Shown here piece after piece: positions 1 through 10,065 of a DNA stretch of 63,829 nucleotides. A program made the position numbers and the translations under genes. Within the stretch, counting starts at the first letter, position 1; the number at the start of each line of letters is the position of its first letter. A model generated the notes under the pieces. That model was not told where the DNA came from. It did not search any database and saw nothing but the letters and a program-made list of their open reading frames with translations. The stretch is from positions 9,610,172-9,674,000 of the forward strand of contig NC_079170.1 of assembly GCF_947568905.1 (NCBI RefSeq), read 5' to 3'. Source of the DNA: Ostrea edulis (Eukaryota).

Positions 1-85
1 GAGAAAGACGTACATAGAGAGAGAAGGACAGAGAGAAAGACACAGAGAGAAAGACACAGAGAGAAAGACAGAAAGAGAGAAAGGA
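1..85. repeat. GA-rich degenerate microsatellite (gagaaagaca/gagaga)
   Basis: Imperfect GA/GACA repeats at the window start, inside an RPP30 intron. Confidence 0.8.
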
Positions 86-114
86 ACGAATGTTTTGATG
101 ACCCATCTACATAC

Positions 115-3100
115 CTTAGATTTACTAAAACTGGCAAGGAGCTGGGAGTTGGAGATGAGATATCTTTTAACAGAACTGTCTCTAATGGCGGGACTGTACT
201 GAATTTCAAAATGAATCCCTTTCTGCATGCCCTAGTAACATTAAACATTTCCAATCACAGAATTGAATGTATGACTGTACAAGAAGTGTAGATGTAACAT
301 GACTGATTACTGATGATGTATCAATTGTAAAAAAAATATATTTATCACTGTAATTTTTATTACACTGTATTGATGAATAAGCCATCCTGTGCATAAAAGA
401 CAAAAAGTATATTGTGTCCACATAGATTCACTGGTTCACTATCACGATTTCAGAATTAGAGAAAGGTTGCACGAAAGGTGAAGATAACGAACAGTGATCA
501 ATCTCATAACTCCTATAAGCAATACATAATAGAGAGTTGGGCAAACACAGACATATATTGCAGAATTTTGTATTTCTCGTGTACAAATAAAGGTTGGTTT
601 ACAATAGAACTGAATGATCCAGTACATTTTATATGAAAACTCCAAACACTGACTATATTCTCAGATTTCTCTATGACACTACACAATTAGTCTTCAAGGA
701 CAACAAGTAACCATGAGACTAATTCATTGTTGGACGAAATAATACCAAAAATTATGATACATCCATTGCTGATACACTCATAGAGGAAAAACATCAGTTC
801 CAGCATTATTCATGAATAATTAGATCATTTAGTAACATTGCGTCAATCTAATTCAAATTAGATCTTTTGATCCGCTCATGCACCACCACTTTGTGTAGTG
901 ATAAACGTGATCTGATCAAAGACCTAACTTTAATTAGATTGTGATTACATTATTTGGTAACCTAGTAACACTGCATTATTTGGTAACCTAGTAACACATT
1001 ATTTGGTAACCTAGTAACACATTATTTGGTAACTTAGTAACACTACATTATTTGGTAACCTAGTAACACTGCATTATCTGGTAACCTAGTAACACTACAT
1101 TATTTGGTAACCTGGTAACACTGAATTATTTGGTAACCTGGTAACACTGAATAATCTGGTAACCTAGTAACACTGAATTATCTGGTAACCTAGTAACACT
1201 GAATTATCTGGTAACCTAGTAACACTGAATTATCTGGTAACCTGGTAACACTACATTATTTGGTAACCTAGTAACACTACATTATCTGGTAACCTGGTAC
1301 ATTGTTTTCTAACCTCGCTTAGTCCTCCTGGTGTTATTATTTTTATACTTTTCTCCATTTCCAGCTGTATTATATCAAGGTTGGTATACTTTGCGGCTTT
1401 CTGAAGCAGGAAATGAGTCATTAGAGACAATTCAATCTGATTAGAAGCAGAGTTGTAAAAACTAGAACTCTTATGTTATAATGATATGCATGCCTGCCTA
1501 AATTTTAACAAAATTAGTCAATACTACATTTCTTTTAAAACTGTGATCTGCTCATATCTTTGCAACTTCCTATTCTTGTCAGACACATTCTCAAACCACT
1601 GCTTATGCCATTTTGATTTTCAAAATGTCCCTGAATATATTTTATCTGAATTTTGAACCATAATTCACACTCAACAACATTTTAATCAATTTCCAGATTA
1701 ATCAAGGATTTACTATGCACATTTCAGACTTTTTTCAACTATATACCAGTAATGCATCATATTTTAACACATATAATTTAAATATGTCCATGTTTTTTTT
1801 TATTATAAAAGTTATTTCAATTGATAGACTAACAGACAATATACACTCACTCACATACACACAATATGTTCATGTAATAAACTTACTAAGGGTGGGTTGA
1901 TATGCGTTTATAAAAAGCATTTCTAGTAATTCAAAAGATAAGGATTGTAACTTTTATTCACCACCCACCCTCCTTAATTAAATTCTATAGGGTACTTTCA
2001 ATGCCAAATAAACCTGTATATTCTCTGATTAGAAGGATAAGAAAAATCACTACTCACAACAAATATTTCAGAAGACGTCGGTCGAACAGCAACAATGTCA
2101 AATTCCTGGATCTCTGGCAACATCTAAGGATGCAGTGAAAACATAGCATCAAAACAGATTCACACAATTCTGCTATTATTCGGTGCTACATGTACATCTT
2201 AAAACATGTAAACTATTCAAACACCGAGTTGTTTATAGAATGTGTACTTGTACTAAGTCCGGGAGTAGGGCTGAAATGATACACCTCCTTCACGATATGA
2301 TACGTATTGCAATAGTTTTTGCCACGATTCAATATTTTCAATATGATATATTTTACAGAGGAAACCAAAACTAACTTCAAAGAAAAATTTAATTACAAAA
2401 ATTTTAAAAGCAAACTGTTTCCAAAGCAGCGAATGGTAAGATGCCTGTTGGTAATGTATTCTAAACTGATTACATTCATAATTGATTTTGTCAGATTCGA
2501 GGCTAACTACAGTCTGACTGTTATCGGACATCATTTTGTACCTCATGCATGTAAAAATAATAAGCCCAGTGTATATTACCAAACCCAAGTCTTAAAAATG
2601 TATCAAACCGAAGATTGAAGCAATTAATCGAACATTGAATCGAGTGTTTATATTACACATTATCGATATTTAGGGGAATCATTTCTACCCTATCAGAGAG
2701 GGCTACGTTACTGCAGCTAACTCACATAATGCATACACTTATGAGTAGTAAACCAAATATTTTCCACTTTTTTAAAACATCCTTTCCATTCATAAGTAAA
2801 TGTATTTCTGTGCACTGAATATCATTCACATCCATTCATTTTGATATGAAAACTGTTAAGTAAAGAAAGGACATTTTTCTTGGTACATAGTACATATCGC
2901 CGAAAATACCAAGGTCGTGAAATAAATAATCCAAAGTTTTGTGTTAGCATTAGAGTTATGGCCTTCCTACCAACTCTCACTAGTGGGCTAACCCTTAAGC
3001 TTGATAAGCAGAGCACTAGACTGTCCAGTCTGAGGTCCTGAATTTGATCCCCAGCAGATACATATACCGTCTCTGTTACATTTAGCGCCCAAGTTGGGAT

Positions 3101-6100
3101 TCAAGATACACTCTGGTGGGTGAGTGATTGTCCCCACTGTACTTTAGAAATGTTAGGACATCTCTTTCTTTCTTTCTTTCTCTCTCTCTGGAGGGGGACA
3201 ATATGGTAGTGTTAGAGAAAAGGCCTTCCCAACAGCTCTGGCTAGTGATTAAATTTGATTGATGAAGCACTGGACTGACTGTGACATGCCAAGTGTCCAA
3301 AGTTCAATCCTCAGCAGAAGCTACCATCTCTGTTACACTTTTACATAGTTGCAATATTGTAGCCCTCTCCCAATTTTTTTTTATTATGACATTTTCGGAA
3401 GAGGGAACAAAATTGGAGAGGGCTACATTATTGGGTCTAACTTTTACAGAAAAGTAGTAGACTAAAAAACTCTTGGTCAGTAAATATGGTAGGTAGATTT
3501 ATACTGGTTTAAATCCTACCTTACATTTACAGTTAATTGCAAATTGAATTATAATTATCATTATGTTTATTCAGGCAAAGCATCAGATAAATTACAAGTC
3601 ACGTAATATATGGGCAGAAATTGTAGTACAAATCTGTACACTAGCAAACTGCATAAAAAGGTGACAAAAATTAGTCTCGAGTCTAAAATTGGGTCAGTCT
3701 GCAAAATGGAAAGACAACATTTTTTTCTTTGGCTGTAAGAGTTCTATGATTAATTGATTTTTTATAACCTGTATGAACATGGTGTTTAAATATAAATTTA
3801 TAATTGACTAAAAACTAAATTTTTCATACCAAATGTTGCAACTGCTCACTGTCTGTCACATTCAGAGTCACTCTGCTCAGAATCTTAATGCGTTTACTGT
3901 CAACCTAACATTAAAAAAAAAAAAACACAAAATAAAAGTCCTGTACTATCACATGGTATCTAACAATCATAACCTGCTTAATATATCATAATACATGTAT
4001 ATTATTATATGCAAGACATGCCATTTTGCTTACTTGGAGATTTTTCAATTCTTCTTCAGTAAGTTTTAATGAACAGGCTTTCACCATTCCATCAGTAGAC
4101 TATAGATAAACATAAATAAAACAGTTAGTGCAACATACTGAGACAATTACTTACTACAAATCAGTAATGAAGATTTTTTTGTTCCCAGACTTGCATGGTT
4201 AATAGTGTCATAAACTATTTGGGTGGGGGTGGGTCAATCACCAGTATAATTCACTATTTTGCACCTTCTGAACTGTTCAGGGTACAGTTTGGCAAATAAG
4301 ACATGATAAGTGTATCTTCACCCTGCTACATAGAGTGCCTCATAAGCACCTCATTGCTAACGATGAACAGGTAAATTGTACCAATGCTCACCTGAGACAC
4401 CTTAGCCCTGCTGTTCTTCAGAAGAGTTTTACCCACCATGATAAATAAATCATCACATACTGTAAATGGGGAAATGATTGTGGTGGTTTTAATTTCGCTA
4501 TGTTTGTGGTTGGGAATTTTTCCGCGAAATCATTAAAACAACCGCAATCATTTTGTGACACAATATGTTTAAACAGTTACCAGTAATCCGAATTGAATTG
4601 AATTCCACGAAAATAAAATCACCGCAATTAGACCAATATGAAAAGCCGCGAACTCTAAGCACCGCGAAATTAAAACCACTTAGGCCACTGATAAAATATG
4701 TTGTGTTTCCGCTAACCCTACCGACCCTAAATTATAGCCCTGACCCTAGAAATTTTTTCCGCTAATTTGAAAAAAAAATTCGTCATTTTTCCGGAAAAAA
4801 TATATTCTCGGTTTTTGGTTTTCTTTTTAGTTAGACATTGAGATGAAGTCATTCAAACGCTTTAACGATGTACAAAATTGCATGGTATTGTGTCAAGCGT
4901 TTAAACAACATTGATAATGTTTGTAACTAACAGCATGGCATGATGGTTGACCTAGTACTGTACCTTCATGCTTGCCTCATGCAACGGTGCTTTGACAATT
5001 GAAGTTAACAGACGGCCGAAAGACTTTGCCAAGTGTCATGTTTCCATAGAAGACTTTCTTTTGTTAAAATTGCCAACTCCTATGGGGGGGAAATGTGCAG
5101 ACTTTTTTTTTAAATAAAAATTTATGTCCGGTAAAAAGTGTTAGCTGGAAGAGAGTTGGATCCCATTAGGATAAGTGGGATCTGCCCAGACTGTCTTCCT
5201 ACCCTTGTTCCATTTTGATTGTGAAAGTACATGTACATTCAGAAATGAATTAATAAACTTAAAATATGTTAATGATGTTGATATTTTGGTGATTTTTTAA
5301 TATTTTTTTTCAAAATCATCATATTATTTTCCTGTTAAACATATCCAATAGTAGTATTCCCATGACAACCAATCTAAATGTAGAAACAATATAGCTGGTA
5401 CTTGTATAGCATAGGGGCATAAAGGAGTTAACTTTAATTTGTGTTTTATGCTATATGTTTCATTGAAAAATATTGTTTCTTCTAAAACATCTGGAAATAA
5501 TGCTCGGCCAATAACAGGTGAAATGCTAAGATTGAAAGTTTACTTGCAATGCAATTTAAGCAAAATTTTATACTGAAAGTATAACATTCAATAGATCATT
5601 GAACTTGTTAGAGTTTACAATGTTTTCTTATACTTTGAAAAAATAAAATTAAAAAAAAAAAAATAATTTATTTCCTACCTACCTACCCTATTTTTTTCTG
5701 GAACGTTAGCGGAAACTCAACAATTTTTGTCGTTGGCCTTACAGTATCATACAAAACTTGAATCAAAACACTCTTACATAGGAATGTTCCAATATCAAAA
5801 CAAACTTACATAGGAATGTTCCAATATCAAAACAAACTTACATAGGAATGTTCCAATATCAAAACAAACTTACATAGGAATGTTCCAATATCAAAACAAA
5901 CTTACATAGGAATGTTCCAATATCAATATGACTAATCATGGCCCTGCTGTTCTTGACAAGAAGATTTTTAAAGATATTTCCTATATCATTCCCATGTAAA
6001 AGTTTGATCCCCTATTGTGGCCCCATCCTACCCCTGGGGTCTTGATTTGAAAAAAATTTGAATCTCCACTAAGGAAGCTTACACATAAATTTTGTCTTTT

Positions 6101-7344
6101 CTGGTCCAATGATTCTGGAGAAGATTTTTGAAAGATGCCACCATAATCACCCCTTTGAAAAGGTTGTGACCCTTCATTTGAAAAAAATTCAATCCCCTTC
6201 CAGTGATTTTTTAAGGCCCATTTTGGGTCCGAATTTTGGCCCTTTTCCCTCCTAAAAATTGTCAATTTTTCCCAACTTGGCTTGCATTTTTCCCAATAAT
6301 AAAATTATGAAAGGAAAACGTATCTGAAAAAAATAAACATTCGATGTGAATTATATACATAAGACTTAACAAAGAGTTAATTGGAATGATGATTTGGATA
6401 GAATAGTTGAAAATATTAGAACGTTAAAGAAAATAAGATGTGTAAAATAAAGATAATATAATGTTTGATATGATTTTAAAACTTATTTACGATAAAATAG
6501 ATTTTTCCCAATTTGACTAACGTGTCGATAATTTTTCCCAATTCTAAAGCTACAGGACCCTTGTAAAAAATGTAGAAAAAACACTGCCTTCAACCAAGTT
6601 TAGTTGAAATTGGCCCTCAATGTTCTGGAGAAGAAGTTCATCGGGATAGACAGATGCCAGACAAAAAGTGATCAGATAATTTAATAATAATTGAGCTGAA
6701 ACCTCAGATGAACTAATAATGGTTCGGTCCAAAACTTTCATGAAACATCTCATAAAGTTCAAAGGATATATATGCTACATCATACATGTATATGCCTAGG
6801 AAAACTGAAGGTGCAAGAAGACCTATTTCGTAGAGGTTGTGATTTTTTCCCATCGCTTCTACACTTCTGAGGAATTACAAAACTAGTCAACGATTGTTTT
6901 TACCCTAAATGTGCATATGGGTTTACTTGCACCACGGATGTAAATAAAGTACAATTACATACGTCATCAGAAGAAACGGGGGATGACTAAAAGTTAAAAC
7001 ATACCCTGATTACCCGATACCAACCTGTGAACTGGATTCCTTCTGCTTTTTCTTTTTCTTTGTAACATTTTTCATAGGAGTATGAACAATGTCTATTGCA
7101 ATAACTTCATATCCAACTAAAATACATCAAAAATAAATTCTTATCGGGCTCGATGTACCATAACTGAATTCACGTGGGAAATTTCTTGAGACAACCTCAT
7201 GTATTTTCATCTTAAATGTGAAATATATACAATTCAAAGTAATGGAAGGAAAATGCAGATGCACCTACGTTTTACCGCTAATCCAATCTTTTCTAGTAAT
7301 ACTTTCCTGTCGCAATTTACAACACTTAAATCAGCATACGACAT
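115..7344 (-). CDS. RPP30: Ribonuclease P/MRP protein subunit p30 (3'-partial; continues beyond window start)
   Basis: Phase-consistent GT-AG exons on the minus strand: 7344-7269 (MSYADLSVVNCDRKVLLEKIGLAVK), 7116-7025 (LGYEVIAIDIVHTPMKNVTKKKKKQKESSSQ), 4099-4034 (STDGMVKACSLKLTEEELKNLQ), 3904-3830 (VDSKRIKILSRVTLNVTDSEQLQHL), 2123-2058 (MLPEIQEFDIVAVRPTSSEIFV), 1400-1314 (KAAKYTNLDIIQLEMEKSIKIITPGGLSE), 231-115 (GMQKGIHFEIQYSPAIRDSSVKRYLISNSQLLASFSKSK). These match recalled RPP30 motifs (LGYxxxAI, IKILxRxT, D(V/I)VAVxP, GxxFExxYSPAIxD) and its exon layout. The ORF track misses this gene. Confidence 0.9.
946..1298. repeat. 26-bp minisatellite (tacattatttggtaacctagtaacac), about 13 copies
   Basis: Tandem units read directly; begins about 15 nt into the RPP30 intron after the exon 1400-1314 donor. 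Confidence 0.9.
2266..2692. mobile_element. hAT-like non-autonomous element (MITE)
   Basis: Ends tagggctgaaatgat...atttctacccta; decayed 8-bp flanking duplication (tccgggag/tcagagag); homologous along its length to 12976-13422. Confidence 0.7.
2960..3335 (+). mobile_element. Two degenerate tRNA-derived SINE fragments (about 2960-3075 and 3222-3335)
   Basis: Both carry cc(t)ac..ctc..ctagtg, agagcact(a/g)gactg, a B-box-like gttcaatcc and a ctctgttaca tail; same family as the SINE at 39585-40620. Confidence 0.55.
4460..5744. mobile_element. TA-flanked MITE (host element) interrupted by a second DNA transposon
   Basis: TA|ctgtaaa ... ttacag|TA ends with internal inverted ggttttaatttcgc / gcgaaattaaaacc; interrupted near its right end by 4683-5738. 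Confidence 0.65.
4683..5738. mobile_element. Non-autonomous DNA transposon with GGCC termini and TTA target duplication (Zator or PIF/Harbinger-like)
   Basis: tta|ggccactgataaaatatgttgtgtttccgctaac ... gttagcggaaactcaacaatttttgtcgttggcc|tta: imperfect TIRs and TTA on both sides. Confidence 0.7.
5773..5927. repeat. 32-bp tandem repeat (cttacataggaatgttccaatatcaaaacaaa), about 5 copies
   Basis: Near-identical tandem units read directly. Confidence 0.9.
5930..6715. mobile_element. Probable Helentron/Helitron-associated non-autonomous repeat fragment
   Basis: Contains ccctattgtggccccatcctaccc and a gacagatgccagacaaaaagtgatcag...ttgagctgaaacctcagatgaactaa end, resembling recalled oyster Helentron-type elements. 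Family call is from memory. Confidence 0.4.
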
Positions 7345-7475
7345 TATCTTGCGGGCGCGGGCTCGACTAATTTTAGTTCAACTCTTCTAACGGAAGTAGG
7401 AGGCGCTCTGAATGTTACCACGGATATTGTAAACAGTGGGGCCTAAGAGGGAAACTTGTTACAGTTCTCAGCAAG
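7345..7475. promoter_or_regulatory. Bidirectional promoter between RPP30 and CFAP100 with ETS, RFX X-box-like and forkhead motifs
   Basis: CpG-enriched segment; CGGAAGT 7391-7397, GTTACCACGGATAT 7414-7427, GTAAACA 7429-7435; a probable CFAP100 5'UTR exon donor (gcaa|gtaaga, about 7474) and acceptor (tgcag|a, 7655/7656). Confidence 0.6.
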
Positions 7476-7675
7476 TAAGAATAGTGTTTTTGTCGTACTT
7501 TGCCTCATTCTAGTTAAGTATTTAAGCTTTATTGTGTTACATTTTTGTCATGTGCAAGAATACTGATTTTGCAACGAAAATATAGATTTTATCATTGAAA
7601 AATAACGTTGTTGACAGTATTGACATTTCGAATTTCCTCGAACTTTATATTGCAGATAACTGCTCACATTAAAAC

Positions 7676-10026
7676 ATGGCAGATTCACCGAGCAGATCTA
7701 ACCTAGTTTCTCCCAACTCTGAGGCTTCTGGAAAGAAATCTAGTAAGTTTTCATACTTTTCTTGTCAAAGAGTCGTGTTTTTTTTTCCGTTGGAAATTTT
7801 ATATTGTCATGTTTTCCCTTACAATCACATTATACCAAGGACCTATATAAAAATAGATGAAATGTACAATTCTGTTAAAATTAAAATTTCCTTTGAATCA
7901 CCAATGGCACAGAATGCAAGAACTATTGAGGGAACTTTTAATATGGCATTTGTAAAAGTGGCGAGTTTTACATCTAGTTACATATACAACAATACATGCA
8001 TAGTGATTGCATGTATACACATTTAATAAAGATATGTAGACCCTGATTTCTGTGGAAACGAGGGGGTTGTTTATATTCGGTCTTGATAGGAAAGACGGAA
8101 TATAAATAACCCCCTCGTTTCCACAGAAATTATATAGACCCTATGACCCAATAAATTTTGAAAAATGATTTCTCTTGATATTCCACATAAGGTACTATCA
8201 TGGCATATATAGTTTAAGTAATATACATTTCAACACTTTATTTTCAACATGGCTTATTATTTTTACTGAATTTTCACATTGGATTGCACGTTATCAGTGA
8301 TTTTTATTTTATTTTTTTTCAACCTACCACCCTTCCTTTTGAATTGGGAAAAATTAGCAACATTTTCCTCAAATTGGGAAAAATCATTCATAGTCAATTA
8401 AAGATGCATAAAATAATCAAATAACATTTTTTTTTAGGTTTATTTCAGATCCGATTTTAAATCATAAAATAAATCATTATTTAACATTAAATATATATTG
8501 GAAGTCACACCGTCCTTGTATAAATATTATTTACTTTTTCTAAGAAATACTTATTGTCTAATTTCATAAACAAAATAATAAATTATTAATTCACCAGCAT
8601 TTGTACCCATAATCTTGTAAATATTATATTGATAATCAAGTTTCCAGAATGTCTCTCCTGTTTGTATTTTTCGGATTTTAGTAAAACCCTTTCCTGTTGG
8701 CTACTTCCTGTTATTAGCCTGACCCTACATATAATGGCGGTCAAACTAAATTGTCAACAATATGGCTTAATGTGCATCTGGAAACTATATACTTCGCTGC
8801 ATATCTGCTTATATGGATGCCTCTATTGTTTTACATATTGTTTACAAAACCTTTTGCATGTGCAGTGGTTTGGAGAATAAAACTGAAGGAAAAAACGTAT
8901 TTACTCCTTGTCAGCAATATACAGTAACTTTTTTTTCAATGGCCTAATTTCCCTAGATTTGAAATTGGGAAAAACTTATATATATAATTGGGAAAAAATA
9001 GCTAATTTTAGTGAAGGGAAACAGCCGAATATCGGTGGCATTTTGGCCCCCAAAAAATCACCGAGTTATTCGTTATATGAGTTAATGAAGGTTTCCACCT
9101 ACTGTTTTTGATAAATTGGAGTAAACTTGATATAGTCAGGTCTATGTGGTAATTTTGTGTATGGTGATGTAAGCCAGTTCTGATCTGGCATTGATGTAAT
9201 TGTTTTAGATGTACAAATGTACATGTATATAGAAAAGAGGAGAAAATTTTTGGCTGGACTGGGAATCGAACCCGAGACCCCTGCATTACTAGTCAGTAAT
9301 CTCAGCGAGATTCATCGAGGCTGGATATTTGGACTGACGCCTAAGAGGTGTCAGTCCAAATATCCAGCCTCGACGAATCTCGTTGAGATTATACTAGTCA
9401 GGTGCTCTAACCACTTAGCTATCCAGGCTGATATCCATGGTCTGTATAGCCCTTATTACTACGTTCCTCCCTCCTTAACTTGTCTTCGCCCTCGAAGACA
9501 CACACAACCCAGTTTTTTGTTGCCCCTGGCAGGACATCCTTTTAGTGCAAGGGTGGTCAACGGCATCAAATGTAGTATATAGGAGAGAAGAGATAATCTT
9601 TGGATGGACCTGGAATCGAACCTGGGACCCCTGCATTACTAGTCAGGTGCTCTAACCACTGAGTTATCCAGGCCGATGATCCACAGTCTGTATAGCCCTA
9701 ACTATTACATTCCTCCCTCCTCAATTTGTCTTCGCCCTCGGGTTCAATTTCTGGTCCAGCTACAGATTTTATCCTCTCTCCCATACTAAATTTGGTGTCA
9801 TTGATCACCCCTGCATTGCAGGTTGTCCTGCCAGGGGCAAAAAGAACCGGAGTTGAGTGTGTCTTTGTATGGGGAAGACTAATTAAGGAGGGAGGAATGT
9901 AATAGTTAGGGCTATATGGACTGTGGATATCGGCCTGGATATATATAGCTCAGTGGTTAGAGCACCTGACGAGTAATGTAGGGGTCCTGGGTTCAATTCC
10001 CAGTCCAGCCAAAAGGTTTTCTCCTT

Positions 10027-10065
<39 letters not shown>

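Noticed and set aside
6963-6986. Possible 24-nt RPP30 micro-exon (ttttag|TCATCCCCCGTTTCTTCTGATGAC|gtatgt on minus)
   Set aside because: Good splice signals and frame-preserving, but only 38 nt from the exon 2 donor, too short for a normal intron; the gene model is complete without it.
9247-10012. tRNA-Thr-like sequences as real tRNA genes
   Set aside because: Anticodon stems are imperfect, one copy is interrupted by a MITE, one has an altered anticodon loop, and all share a long non-tRNA tail, so they are repeat-derived.
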